Of a stretch of 64,000 nucleotides of DNA, positions 29,028 through 39,391 are shown one piece after another. The translations under genes and the position numbers were made by a program. The stretch lies in contig JAIBBF010000002.1 in NCBI GenBank assembly GCA_019694795.1, forward strand, positions 86,500 to 150,499. Direction: 5' to 3'. Numbering within the stretch: the first letter of the stretch is position 1; each line of letters begins with the position of its first letter. Origin of the DNA: Flavobacteriales bacterium (GTDB lineage Bacteria; Bacteroidota; Bacteroidia; Flavobacteriales_D; UBA2798). Under the pieces are notes generated by a model. The model was given only the letters and a program-made list of their open reading frames with translations. It did not search any database and was not told the origin of the DNA.

Positions 29028-29726
29028 GTGAGTCCATTCAGAAAATTTATTCATCAAATCAGAATTCATCGTCACGAAGGTGTCGGCATCTGGGCCTTTC
29101 GTTATTATAAGCGCTGGAAGAAAAGTCAGGTTTCCAATTCGATGAAAGATGAAATGCCATGGATTTCTCTCCGGGCAGTTGATTTTCTGGAAAAAAATAT
29201 TCGATCCGATTTTAAAGTATTCGAATATGGCGGAGGAGGCAGCACTTTGTATTGGAGCACACGTGTTGCAGAAGTTGTTACCGTGGAGCACGATGCCGAA
29301 TGGTTTAAGCATTTGGAAACATCGATGCAGTCGCGTAAAAATGTAAAATGGAACGGATGTTTTGTGGGACCACAAACGGGTGATTTAAGTCCAAATCCTG
29401 ATCCTGCTGATCCTGATTTATTTTCTTCGGACGATTTAGCATCCAAGGGTAAAAACTATAAGGATTATGTGCTGACGGTAGATAATTATCCGAACGAATA
29501 TTTTGATGTGGTATTGATTGATGGTCGTTCGCGTGCTTCGTGTTTAAAATATGCTTTTCCAAAATTAAAACGAGGCGGCTGGTTGATATTAGATAATGCA
29601 GAGCGCATTTATTATACCGATTTGAATACAGAAATTGTAAACCAGATGGAAATGGTGGTTGGGGGAATGTGTCCGGGATTATTTTCTGTCGATTTTTCGG
29701 AGACGCGTATTTACCGTAAAAAATAA
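29028..29726 (+). CDS. class I SAM-dependent methyltransferase (putative)
   Basis: Motif I-like VFEYGGGGSTLYW, then an acidic residue after beta-2 (TVEHD) and a later VVLIDG. GTG start 1 nt after the wzt stop. Confidence 0.6.
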   Translation: MSPFRKFIHQIRIHRHEGVGIWAFRYYKRWKKSQVSNSMKDEMPWISLRAVDFLEKNIRSDFKVFEYGGGGSTLYWSTRVAEVVTVEHDAEWFKHLETSMQSRKNVKWNGCFVGPQTGDLSPNPDPADPDLFSSDDLASKGKNYKDYVLTVDNYPNEYFDVVLIDGRSRASCLKYAFPKLKRGGWLILDNAERIYYTDLNTEIVNQMEMVVGGMCPGLFSVDFSETRIYRKK

Positions 29727-29728
29727 GA

Positions 29729-30700
29729 ATGAATTCTTTGGCACCGGTTATTGTTTTTGCCTATAAGCGACCCGATTTGCTTGAGCAAACACTTGTGTCG
29801 CTTTCCGGGAATGCTGAGTCGGCCAACACCGAACTTTTTATTTTTTGTGATGGTCCCAAAGCACAGGCGGGTCCTGCCGAACGCGCTGCCATTGATCAGG
29901 TAAAAAAAATTGCTTCCTCCAGAAACTGGTGCGGAAAAACACAGGTAATCGCTGCGGAATCAAATAAAGGATTAGCTACTTCGGTTATGGAAGGTGTTTC
30001 GATGTTGCTGAATACCCATGAATCGGTTATTGTGGTGGAAGATGATGTTCGTTTATCGAAGTATTTTCTTCGTTTCATGAATGACGCATTGAACATGTAT
30101 GCTTCTTCTGACCGTGTGTTAGCTGTGGGTTCCTGGAATTATTTTGCGGATGGAAAAATTGCTGATGATTCCTTTTTTCTTCGGTATCCCGATAGTATTG
30201 CCTGGGCAACCTGGAAACGGTCCTGGTCGAAATTCAGATCAGACGGCGCCAAAGCCATGGAAGAATTACAAGCGAAAAATTTGATGCAACGGTTTAATGG
30301 CGACCGTTCCATTTCTTATTTCTCCGACATGCTGAAGAAGCAATGCGAAGGAAAAGTAGATAGCTGGGCCATTCGCTGGACCGCTACGGCTATTTTAGAA
30401 GATATGTACTCTATTTATCCTTCCAGAAGTTTATCGCGCCATGAAGGATTTGGAGAAGGGGCTACTCATGAAACCAACGATCGTGATTATAATGCGACTT
30501 TAGGATTAGCACAGGAACCTATTGCGTTAAAACCCATTTCCGTAGAAGAGAATTTGAAGGCATTCGGTTACTGGAAAAAATTTTTGTTAGCTAATTTTTC
30601 CGACACCAACGGATTTAGCGGTTGGAAACTCTGGGTGTGGAAACGATTGCCTTTTTCATTCAGGAATTGGTACCGAAATAAAACTGTAAAAGCGATATGA
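29729..30700 (+). CDS. GT-A fold glycosyltransferase (GNT-I/GT2-like)
   Basis: The N-terminal strand PVIVFAYKRPDLLEQTLVSL, then LFIFCDGPK and VVEDD (DxD-like) resemble GT-A enzymes. The family assignment is uncertain. Confidence 0.55.
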   Translation: MNSLAPVIVFAYKRPDLLEQTLVSLSGNAESANTELFIFCDGPKAQAGPAERAAIDQVKKIASSRNWCGKTQVIAAESNKGLATSVMEGVSMLLNTHESVIVVEDDVRLSKYFLRFMNDALNMYASSDRVLAVGSWNYFADGKIADDSFFLRYPDSIAWATWKRSWSKFRSDGAKAMEELQAKNLMQRFNGDRSISYFSDMLKKQCEGKVDSWAIRWTATAILEDMYSIYPSRSLSRHEGFGEGATHETNDRDYNATLGLAQEPIALKPISVEENLKAFGYWKKFLLANFSDTNGFSGWKLWVWKRLPFSFRNWYRNKTVKAI

Positions 30701-31485
30701 AATCTGTTGTAAGAAGACTGTTGCATGGGAAACCCACGGAAGAAGCAATTTTACTCCGTGATGCAAATCAATTTCCCCGCTTTACGCCTCATCGCTTTAC
30801 GTATCGGGGTATGAATATTGAGGTGAGCGATTTTCTTTCTGTGGCCTGGCAAATTGCTGAAATATTTGGTGAAGAACGATTGAAGTTTGAATCGAAAAAT
30901 CCTTCTCCAGTTATTTTGGATTGTGGAGCCAATGTGGGAATTGCCGCTCTTTATTTTAGTCGCTTATTTCCGCAGGCACAATTGCATTGTTTTGAACCGG
31001 AGAACCGCGTGTTGAATTGTTTAAAAAACAATTTATCCTCCAATCAGGTCACTACTGCCAAGGTTCACGAAAAGGCGGTTTGGATAAATAATGATGGAGT
31101 GAATTTTGGAGGTGAAGGTGCCGATGGTGGTTCGGTTTATCATGAAAAAAATAGTCAGAAAGTTCCATCTGTCCGCTTAAAAGATGTTTTAGGCGGTTTT
31201 GAACGGGTGGATGTTTTAAAAATGGATATCGAAGGAGCTGAAGTGGAGGTGTTGAAGGATTGTGGTGATTCCCTGAAGAAAATAAAGTATTTGTATGTGG
31301 AATACCATTCCTTTCAGAATCGTCCGCAGCAATTGGATCAATTACTGGGATTACTGGCTGAATTGGGATTCAGGTATCAGTTAAAAACAATCGGACATAT
31401 TGCTCATCATCCTTTTTTAGGATTGCCGGCAGATTTAGAAATGGATATACAGTTAGATATTCACGCTATCAATGAGCGTATTTAA
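30697..31485 (+). CDS. FkbM family methyltransferase
   Basis: ILDCGANVGIAALYFSRLFPQAQLHCFEPEN and DVLKMDIEGAEVEVL are hallmark FkbM motifs. Confidence 0.8.
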   Translation: MKSVVRRLLHGKPTEEAILLRDANQFPRFTPHRFTYRGMNIEVSDFLSVAWQIAEIFGEERLKFESKNPSPVILDCGANVGIAALYFSRLFPQAQLHCFEPENRVLNCLKNNLSSNQVTTAKVHEKAVWINNDGVNFGGEGADGGSVYHEKNSQKVPSVRLKDVLGGFERVDVLKMDIEGAEVEVLKDCGDSLKKIKYLYVEYHSFQNRPQQLDQLLGLLAELGFRYQLKTIGHIAHHPFLGLPADLEMDIQLDIHAINERI

Positions 31486-32443
31486 ATCGAAAATAAAAAA
31501 CATGTTGTTGAACATCGATAAAAAAATCGATCGTTCAATGAATGGATCTTGTGCCGTGTTGTTATATCACCGGGCGACACAACTGGAATCGGATCCGCAA
31601 TTGCTTTCGGTTAGTCCACAACATTTCGATGAGCAATTGAATTATTTAAAAAATAATTACCGCGTATTACCCATTGAGGAATTTTCGGAAATTTTACTGA
31701 GTAAAAAACGGTTTCCTGCAAAATCGGTAGTGCTCACTTTCGATGACGGATATGCCGATAATTATCTGGAAGCTCTTCCTATTCTGGAAAAACACCAATT
31801 GCAAGCGCTATTTTACATTTCTACCGGTACACTTAATACGAGCAATGAATATTGGTGGGATGCCGTAGAGCGGATTGTACTATACGGAAAACAACCTTCA
31901 GAAAAAATGATGCTTGAAGCGGGCGGTGTTTCTTTTGACTTAAATGGAGATCGTCATCTACTTTATGAATCCTTATTGCCGGTTTTGCGTCGACTCCCAT
32001 CAGAAACAAGAGAACAAAAAATAAAGCACTTAGCTGAAGTATTTCACAATAATGATGGTCGACCATCACACCGTGCCATGCGTTGGGATGAATTAAAAGC
32101 CATGCATCAATCAGCTTCTGCAGTTATTGGTGCGCATACGCATTTACACCCTTCGCTTGGAAAATTAAATGTGGAAGAACAGGAGCAGGAAATTCTTCGT
32201 TCCAAATCTATTTTAGAGCAGCAACTGAATTGCAGCATTGAACATTTTTCTTACCCTTTTGGAACAAAACTTGATTTTACGGAAGACACCATTCGTATTT
32301 GCCGTAAAGCAGGATTTAAAATGGTAGCAGCTAATTTTCCGAAGTTTGCCAATAGAAAATCAAATCCATTTGCCTTTCCCCGACATCTTGTACGCGATTG
32401 GAATCTGGAGGAATTTAAACGTCATTTAGTTACATTTTTCTGA
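31472..32443 (+). CDS. polysaccharide deacetylase family protein (NodB homology)
   Basis: VLTFDDGYADNY (NodB motif 1) and GAHTHLHPSL (His motif). Confidence 0.8.
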   Translation: MSVFKSKIKNMLLNIDKKIDRSMNGSCAVLLYHRATQLESDPQLLSVSPQHFDEQLNYLKNNYRVLPIEEFSEILLSKKRFPAKSVVLTFDDGYADNYLEALPILEKHQLQALFYISTGTLNTSNEYWWDAVERIVLYGKQPSEKMMLEAGGVSFDLNGDRHLLYESLLPVLRRLPSETREQKIKHLAEVFHNNDGRPSHRAMRWDELKAMHQSASAVIGAHTHLHPSLGKLNVEEQEQEILRSKSILEQQLNCSIEHFSYPFGTKLDFTEDTIRICRKAGFKMVAANFPKFANRKSNPFAFPRHLVRDWNLEEFKRHLVTFF

Positions 32444-33720
32444 TGAAGATTGTCCACATAAGTACCAGCGATAGAGGAGGTGCAGGAATAGCTGCTGTAC
32501 GTCTTCATTTATCATTGCTGGAAAAAAATGTGGATTCGCATTTGCTTACGCTTTATCAGTTTGGACCAACCCTTCCAAATCATGTAACCTATGCCAATAA
32601 GGATGTAATGATTGCACCACTTGGTTGGTTAAAGGATTTCATTATTAAAGTAAAACGTAAGTTTAGAATTTACCAGCCTGCGCATGATCGTAAAGGGAAA
32701 AAATATTTAAAGGGACGCGGCACCGGTTTTGAGAATTTTTCTTTTCCCGATGGATTGACCCGCTTGGAACGTCATCCTTTGGTCATGTCCGCTGATATCA
32801 TCCATCTTCATTGGGTGAGTGAAGGAATGCTGAATTGGTCAACATTTTTTTCTGCTTGTCAAAAACCGCTAATATGGACGCTTCACGATATGAATCCATT
32901 TACCGGTGGTTGTCACCATGCCGATGATTGTACACTTTTTCAGTCGAACTGTTCGATTTGTCCGCAACTAAAAGGGACCATTGATCCCGGTATTTCTCAC
33001 GCGATCTGGAGTTATAAAGCGAAGTCCGTTTCAGATATAAAAAATTCGCAATTAACTATTACTGCTCCCTCGCATTGGTTAACTCAATTATCGCAAAGTT
33101 CTAAACTGTTCTCAAGCTTTAACCATATTACCATTGCGAATGGTGTAAACAATTCGGTTTTTCATCCGGTGGATGTGGAAGAAATGCGCAAAAAATATTC
33201 CTGGTCGCAAGGGAAAAAAGTTATTTTGTTTGTAGCGCATCATGTTAACAATATCCGTAAAGGAATTCCCTTTTTATTGGAAGCATTTCAAAGCATGAAT
33301 CGCGAAGAAGTGGTTTTATGTTCGGTAGGTTATCCTTCCGAAGAATTATCGTCCATCCCCGGATTTTATCAATTGGGTTATGTGCAGGATGAATCGACCA
33401 TGGCTGCATTGTATTCGATGGCGGATGTATTTGTTTTACCTTCGATGGCGGAGAATTTTCCGAATACCATTGCGGAGGCTTTATGCTGTGGAACGCCCTG
33501 CGTTGCTTTTGAAGTAGGTGGAATTCCGGAGCAAATTAATTCGGGGAATGGCGTTTTAGTGAAGGAGAAAAATGCAGTTGCATTAGGTGGTGCCATTGAA
33601 CAAGTATTGACCACCAATTTTTCCAGAGCACAAATAGCGGCGGATGCAAAATTGCGTTTTGGTCAATCGCTCATCGCTGATGCTTTCATTTCTCTTTACA
33701 GGAAAGGAGTAGATGCATGA
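32443..33720 (+). CDS. glycosyltransferase family 4 (GT-B)
   Basis: MKIVHISTSDRGGAGIAA N-terminus. C-terminal EX7E region PSMAENFPNTIAEALCCGTPCVAFEVGGIPE. Confidence 0.8.
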   Translation: MKIVHISTSDRGGAGIAAVRLHLSLLEKNVDSHLLTLYQFGPTLPNHVTYANKDVMIAPLGWLKDFIIKVKRKFRIYQPAHDRKGKKYLKGRGTGFENFSFPDGLTRLERHPLVMSADIIHLHWVSEGMLNWSTFFSACQKPLIWTLHDMNPFTGGCHHADDCTLFQSNCSICPQLKGTIDPGISHAIWSYKAKSVSDIKNSQLTITAPSHWLTQLSQSSKLFSSFNHITIANGVNNSVFHPVDVEEMRKKYSWSQGKKVILFVAHHVNNIRKGIPFLLEAFQSMNREEVVLCSVGYPSEELSSIPGFYQLGYVQDESTMAALYSMADVFVLPSMAENFPNTIAEALCCGTPCVAFEVGGIPEQINSGNGVLVKEKNAVALGGAIEQVLTTNFSRAQIAADAKLRFGQSLIADAFISLYRKGVDA

Positions 33721-34430
33721 AAGTTTCTATCGTAACCATCAATTATAACAATAAAGCAGGATTGATTAAAACCCTTGATTCTGTTTATCGCCAAAGCTTC
33801 CCTGATATGGAAATGGTGATTATTGACGGGGGATCGACGGATGGAAGTGCGGAATGTGTTGATTCGTACAAAAGCAGAATTGGTTTTTTTGTTTCTGAAA
33901 AGGATAAAGGGATTTATCATGCTCAAAATAAAGGCTGGCAACATGCAAAGGGAGACTATGTACTCTTCCTGAATTCTGGGGATGTCTTCGCTGCTGATGA
34001 TGTTTTGGAGCGCGTATTTTCGGTGGAGCAAGCTGCTGATATTATATACGGGAACATGCTGATTGTTGCCGAAGATGGTTCCGAACGTTTGGGAAAAATG
34101 CCTTCGAAAATCGGTATCAAACAATTGTACAAAGATACCTTGTGGCATCCCGTTTCGTTTATCCGTACCTCCTTATTCAGCAAGCATGGAGGGTATGATG
34201 AGTCGTTAAAAATCGTTGCGGATTATGATTTTTTCTGTCGTGAAATTTTAAAGTTTAAAGCGAAATTGAGTTATGTGGATGTAACCATATCTAAATTCGA
34301 CACGACCGGTTTAAGTTCTAATCCGGCGCGTAAAACACAAATTGCAGCCGAGAGAAAATTGGTACAAGACCGGTACATGTCAGGTTTCCTGCTTTTTTTC
34401 TTCCGTATGTATTCCAAATGGAGGGCTTAA
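33717..34430 (+). CDS. glycosyltransferase family 2
   Basis: VSIVTINYNNKAGLIKTLDSV..., IIDGGSTDG and LNSGD (DxD-type). Confidence 0.85.
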   Translation: MKVSIVTINYNNKAGLIKTLDSVYRQSFPDMEMVIIDGGSTDGSAECVDSYKSRIGFFVSEKDKGIYHAQNKGWQHAKGDYVLFLNSGDVFAADDVLERVFSVEQAADIIYGNMLIVAEDGSERLGKMPSKIGIKQLYKDTLWHPVSFIRTSLFSKHGGYDESLKIVADYDFFCREILKFKAKLSYVDVTISKFDTTGLSSNPARKTQIAAERKLVQDRYMSGFLLFFFRMYSKWRA

Positions 34431-34431
34431 T

Positions 34432-35337
34432 ATGGTTTCGGTAATCATTCCAACATATAATTACGGTTCATTTATTTCGGAGGCATTAACGGCAGTTCTG
34501 AATCAGACTTATGCGGATTGGGAATGCATTGTGGTGGATGATTGCTCAACGGATAATACAGCATCCATTGTACAATCGTTTATTCAACGTGATGGACGAT
34601 TTCAGTATTTAAAAACAATTTCCAATGCAGGTGTATCGGCTGCGCGAAATTTAGGTATTCGAAAAGCGAAAGGGGAGTGGATTCAATTTTTAGATGCGGA
34701 TGATTTAATTGCTCCGGATAAAATTGAAATTCAACTGCAATTTTTATTGGCAAATCCGAATGTGGATATCGTTTATTCCGATTTTTTCCATTTTACCGAC
34801 CATGCCGATTTTTCGTCTAAAGGAGAATATACCGTTCATGAACGTGTGAACGGATCCGGTCATCTTGTGGTCCCTGTTTTATTGCGTGGAAATGTTTTCA
34901 GGATGAATACCTTATTGATCCGGAAAAATACAATGCTTGAATCAGGTTTATTCAGAGAGGAATTCCGGAGTGTGGAGGACTGGGAATTTTGGTTGAGGAT
35001 CTTATCGCGCGGTGCGGAAATTCGTTTTTTACCTGATGTCCGCGCAATGAGTGCCGTACGGGTTAATCCGAATGGATTAAGTAAGGATCAATCGACCATG
35101 AAGAAATTTTATCTTCCGGTTTTGCAAACACTTCTTCAATCGCCTGCTGTTGCTCTTTCCTTAAAACCGGGAATTTGGATGCGTTTTTCGATTGTGTTCA
35201 CCGATAAAATTTTTCGGAATGAAGAAAAGCTGATTTTGAACGAAAGAAAATCCTTGTTTATTTTTCTTTTGATTCTTCATTTAATCGTGTTGTTCCCTTT
35301 TTATATCATTTATAAATTAATGCGTTTACTGCAATGA
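34432..35337 (+). CDS. glycosyltransferase family 2 with C-terminal TM segment
   Basis: MVSVIIPTYNYGSFISEAL..., VVDDCSTDNT and FLDADD. The track's upstream extension overlaps the previous gene, so the ATG at 34432 is preferred. Confidence 0.85.
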   Translation: MVSVIIPTYNYGSFISEALTAVLNQTYADWECIVVDDCSTDNTASIVQSFIQRDGRFQYLKTISNAGVSAARNLGIRKAKGEWIQFLDADDLIAPDKIEIQLQFLLANPNVDIVYSDFFHFTDHADFSSKGEYTVHERVNGSGHLVVPVLLRGNVFRMNTLLIRKNTMLESGLFREEFRSVEDWEFWLRILSRGAEIRFLPDVRAMSAVRVNPNGLSKDQSTMKKFYLPVLQTLLQSPAVALSLKPGIWMRFSIVFTDKIFRNEEKLILNERKSLFIFLLILHLIVLFPFYIIYKLMRLLQ

Positions 35338-36215
35338 TTTACGATTGTTTTACCTTTTTTAATGAATTGGATTTACTCGAAATCCGCTTAAACGAATTGG
35401 ATGCTTATGTAGATCGTTTTGTTTTAGTGGAGGCTACTTTAACGCATCAGGGAAAACCTAAACCTTTACATTTTGCGGAAAACAAAGCGCGCTTTGAAAA
35501 ATTCCTTCCAAAACTAATTCATGTGGTGGTGGACCAGTATCCGGAACGTACAGATGATTCTGCCTGGGTATATGAAAAACATCAGCGTAATTCCATCGCC
35601 AATGGATTAAAAGATTGCAAGAGCGGAGACGTGATCATGGTTTCGGATGTCGATGAAATTCCTCGTCCCGAAAAAATCGCTGAAGCGGCAAAATTAAAGG
35701 GGACCCGCATTTTCCGTCAACGGATGTATTATTATTATCTCAATTGCATTAATGCAACTGAAGTCGGTGCGAAACAATACATGTGGAATGGAACCATCAT
35801 GTTTAACTATGAAGATTTAAATCGTCCGATTCAGGATTACCGCGAAATCGGAATGAAAATGCTGGCTAAGTTTACGCCTCGTCCATTGCATCGGATTTAC
35901 TACACCTTTTATTTATTCCGGCATGTAAACATGAAAGGATGGAAAATTCGTTTTATTCAGGATGCGGGTTGGCATTTTTCTTATTTGGGAGGAGTGGATA
36001 AAATTATCCATAAGCTGGAAGCATTTGCGCATTCGGAATACAACAAACCAGAGTATAAAGATCCTGAACGGATAAAGTCGGCCATTGCCAATGGGGAAGA
36101 TATTTTCGGAAGAGGATTTCGTTATCGGTTTATTGACCTGGATGCCAGTTGGCCAACGTATATTGTGGCGAACAAAGAAAAATTCAGGAATTACCTTTCT
36201 CCAATGAAAGCCTGA
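35334..36215 (+). CDS. glycosyltransferase family 17-like (GnT-III-like beta-1,4-GlcNAc transferase fold)
   Basis: MIYDCFTFFNELDLLEIRLNELDAYVDRFVLVEA...HQRN...VSDVDEIP matches the Glyco_transf_17 N-terminal signature. Confidence 0.75.
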   Translation: MIYDCFTFFNELDLLEIRLNELDAYVDRFVLVEATLTHQGKPKPLHFAENKARFEKFLPKLIHVVVDQYPERTDDSAWVYEKHQRNSIANGLKDCKSGDVIMVSDVDEIPRPEKIAEAAKLKGTRIFRQRMYYYYLNCINATEVGAKQYMWNGTIMFNYEDLNRPIQDYREIGMKMLAKFTPRPLHRIYYTFYLFRHVNMKGWKIRFIQDAGWHFSYLGGVDKIIHKLEAFAHSEYNKPEYKDPERIKSAIANGEDIFGRGFRYRFIDLDASWPTYIVANKEKFRNYLSPMKA

Positions 36216-37344
36216 TCAATTGCTCCATCGCATCACCCCAGTGCGACCAATTGTGACTTTTTTCAAAAAGCATTCTGGATTTTTCCTGAATTTGACGATA
36301 TTCGGAAGGATGATGATACCAGTATTCTAATTGATCTGCATATTCCTTTGCTGTGGCTGATTCCGGAAGGAGAATTCCATTTTCATTTTGAATGACTGCT
36401 CCTGAAATGCCCCCTGTATTTCGTGCAAGAGATGGTGTTCCGCAGGCAGCTGCTTCTACAAACACAATTCCGTAGCATTCTGCTTTGGATGGAAGAAAGA
36501 GCACATGCGATTCCAGTAAAAGCTGAATGATTTGTTGTTCTCCTGCTGCATCATTTTTGTTGATGAAAGGAATGATACGAATATGTTTCTCTTCTGAAAA
36601 TGGAGGATTACATCCGACAATGGTTAAATGTACAGGGATGTTTTTTTTCTGGAGGAGACGAAAACTTTCCATTACCAAATCTCCGCCTTTGCGATGCCAA
36701 TCCACTCCCAGAAATAATAATTTCAATACATCATTTTTCTTTTCTGCCAATGCCATTTCTCTGGTTGGACCATTCGAAAAATTTGGTCCAAATGGAATCA
36801 ATTTCATTTTTTCCGCTTTTCCTCCATGATCTTTTATCGCTGATGAGCGTGCCCATTCAGAAGGAAAAACCGCAAAAGCCGATTTTTGAATGGCGAATGT
36901 TTCAGTTTCGAGCGATTGATTTTTCGAGTTGAGCGATAGATTGGAGTAGGCCGGATAATAGTCAACCATATTCGCCAGGGTTGTGTCGGAAAGCAGAATG
37001 ACCGGGATTGAAGCCGGTAAATGCGCAATGATGGAAGATCCCGAAGGTGCGATGAGCAAATCGGGTTGATAGCGATTGATCTTTTCCATCACCTGTGCCG
37101 CATATTTTTTACTGAGCGATACGGAATGCGAATAATCATACCTCTTCTTTAAAATGCGGTGTGATAAGCGATTGCGGATTTTGCCCATTTTTAAAGCGTT
37201 TCCGCCATCGAGTGGACCAAAAACGATGATTTGTTCGTATCGTTTTTTTAACTCGTTCAGCATTGCAAAATGGATTCCGGACCAGGAACGTTTGTCGTTC
37301 GGGTCGGTTGTGGTGAGAAATCCGATTTTAATCTGCCGATTCAT
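36184..37344 (-). CDS. glycosyltransferase family 4 (GT-B), opposite strand
   Basis: C-terminal EX7E-like region PSKAECYGIVFVEAAACGTPSLARNTGGISG. The ATG at 37344 (MNRQIKIGFLTT) is preferred over 37395 because it leaves a 59-bp divergent promoter spacer. Confidence 0.75.
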   Translation of the reverse strand: MNRQIKIGFLTTTDPNDKRSWSGIHFAMLNELKKRYEQIIVFGPLDGGNALKMGKIRNRLSHRILKKRYDYSHSVSLSKKYAAQVMEKINRYQPDLLIAPSGSSIIAHLPASIPVILLSDTTLANMVDYYPAYSNLSLNSKNQSLETETFAIQKSAFAVFPSEWARSSAIKDHGGKAEKMKLIPFGPNFSNGPTREMALAEKKNDVLKLLFLGVDWHRKGGDLVMESFRLLQKKNIPVHLTIVGCNPPFSEEKHIRIIPFINKNDAAGEQQIIQLLLESHVLFLPSKAECYGIVFVEAAACGTPSLARNTGGISGAVIQNENGILLPESATAKEYADQLEYWYHHPSEYRQIQEKSRMLFEKSHNWSHWGDAMEQLIRLSLEKGNS

Positions 37345-37403
37345 TGTCCAAAAGTAGGGATTTCTATCGGTATTGGTATATTTGCAGGAACTCATTTTCT
37401 AGA

Positions 37404-38318
37404 ATGGAAACCAGCGCTACGGTTGATGTAGTTATTGTAAGTTATAATGTGAAATCCGTTTTAAAGGATTGTTTGCATTCCATAGCTGATTTACCTTCCG
37501 GATTTACCATTTATGTGGTCGACAATGCCTCTTCGGATGGAACAGCAGAAATGATTCAATCTGAATTTCCCCGTGTTGAATTTATTTCTTCCGGCGCAAA
37601 CATTGGTTTTTCTCCTGCCAATAATCTGGCCATGCAAAAAGGGAAAGGAGAATATATTTTATTGCTGAATCCCGATACCATCGTAAAACAACCTGCCTTG
37701 ATCGATTGGTTGAACTTACACATTGAAAAGCAAGCCGGATTATCGGCCTGTAAATTGCTAAATACAGATCAGTCGCTCCAAATCTCTGCATGGAAAACAC
37801 CCGGCGTAATGGATTCATTATTGGAGTTGTTTTATCTGCACCGTTTATTTCACATTACGCAATATCCTGAAGAAATGTATCAGCGTGATGCTGAAGTGGA
37901 AAATGTTTCAGGTGCAGCGATGTTGTTTTCGAGAAAAGTATTTGATGAAGTAGGCGGATTGGATCCGAATTTGTTTTGGATGGAGGATACCGATTTTTGT
38001 TACCGGGTTAGATCATCCGGAAAAAAAGTAATTTATTTTCATGAACCCGAGATTGTGCATATTGGTGGACAATCCTCCAAATCGAATTATAATCGGGTAA
38101 TCAGTAATCAACTGATCAGTCGTTTAAAGTTTACGCGAAAACATCGAAGCATGGTTTCATTTGTGGTGTTGACCCTGATTATCTATTTGCATTGCATCAG
38201 CCGGATAATCGGTTTCGGATTGATTTATCCTTTAAAACGAAATGCCAAAGCAAAAGCTTATATTTATTCATTCGGGCGGTTGAACCGTTATATTTGGAAA
38301 AAGGACATGAGCATATGA
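37404..38318 (+). CDS. glycosyltransferase family 2
   Basis: VDVVIVSYNVKSVLKDCL, VVDNASSDGT, LLNPD and FWMEDTDFCYR (rhamnosyltransferase-like GT2). Confidence 0.85.
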   Translation: METSATVDVVIVSYNVKSVLKDCLHSIADLPSGFTIYVVDNASSDGTAEMIQSEFPRVEFISSGANIGFSPANNLAMQKGKGEYILLLNPDTIVKQPALIDWLNLHIEKQAGLSACKLLNTDQSLQISAWKTPGVMDSLLELFYLHRLFHITQYPEEMYQRDAEVENVSGAAMLFSRKVFDEVGGLDPNLFWMEDTDFCYRVRSSGKKVIYFHEPEIVHIGGQSSKSNYNRVISNQLISRLKFTRKHRSMVSFVVLTLIIYLHCISRIIGFGLIYPLKRNAKAKAYIYSFGRLNRYIWKKDMSI

Positions 38319-39391
38319 AGATTCTTTTACTTGGAGATATTAATTCGGCACATGTTCAGCGCTGGGCCATCGGACTTTCTTCTAAAGGAATGAAGATTGG
38401 GTTGTGGTCCCTCGCCAAAGCGAAAGAAGATTGGTACACCAAACATCAAATTGAAGTATTCGGACAAGAACGTGCAGGAGGCGGAAAGTTTGCGTATTTC
38501 TTTGCGCACAAAGACGCGGAGAAAGCATTAAAAGAATTTCAACCGCAGATCCTACATTCCCATTATGCCAGTTCCTATGGAATGATTGGAAGAAAATTAA
38601 ATTTTCATCCATTTTGTATTTCCGTATGGGGAAGTGATATCACCCATTTCCCACATGGAGCGTTTCGCCGTTCCATTATGCGGAAAAATCTTGCTGCAGC
38701 GGATGCCGTTTTTGCCACCAGTAAATTTTTATCGCAGATACTCGAAGTTATCTGGAATAAAAAAAATACGATAATTCCATTCGGAATAGATACAGATCGT
38801 TTTCATCCGGGAAAAGTCCGCAATCACTTTACCCAAAAAGAAGTGGTAATAGGAACCGTAAAAGCATTAGAAACCATTTACGGAATTGACGCTACCATTG
38901 CCGCATTTGGAATGATGAAACGTCGCCGGCCGGATATTCCTGCCCGTTTATTGATTGCCGGTGATGGATCGATGCGACGAGCGTTAATGCGACAGGTTCA
39001 GTCGGACGGTATTGAAAATTTTGTGAAATTCATTGGTAAAGTTCCACATCAGAATGTACCGGATGTTCATCGCGAAATTGATGTGTTCGTGAATTTGAGT
39101 CACTACGAAAGTTTCGGAGTTTCCGTTCTCGAGGCATCTTCCTGCGAAAAGCCGGTTATCGTTTCTAATGTGGGAGGACTCAAAGAAGTGGTAACGGATA
39201 ACTACACCGGTTATCTGGTGGAACCAATGATGATTAAAAAAGTATCTGAACTCATGGAGAAGCTGGCGGAAAATGAGTCGTTACGAAATCAATTGGGTGT
39301 TCGCGGAAGAGAGTATGTGGAGTCGACCTACAACTGGGAAAAGAACCTTAATGAAATGATTGCCGAATATCAAAAATTGATTTCGAGATGA
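38315..39391 (+). CDS. glycosyltransferase family 4
   Basis: MKILLLGDINSAHVQRW..., SHYESFGVSVLEASSCEKPVIVSNVGGLKE. ATGA start/stop overlap with the upstream gene. Confidence 0.85.
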   Translation: MKILLLGDINSAHVQRWAIGLSSKGMKIGLWSLAKAKEDWYTKHQIEVFGQERAGGGKFAYFFAHKDAEKALKEFQPQILHSHYASSYGMIGRKLNFHPFCISVWGSDITHFPHGAFRRSIMRKNLAAADAVFATSKFLSQILEVIWNKKNTIIPFGIDTDRFHPGKVRNHFTQKEVVIGTVKALETIYGIDATIAAFGMMKRRRPDIPARLLIAGDGSMRRALMRQVQSDGIENFVKFIGKVPHQNVPDVHREIDVFVNLSHYESFGVSVLEASSCEKPVIVSNVGGLKEVVTDNYTGYLVEPMMIKKVSELMEKLAENESLRNQLGVRGREYVESTYNWEKNLNEMIAEYQKLISR

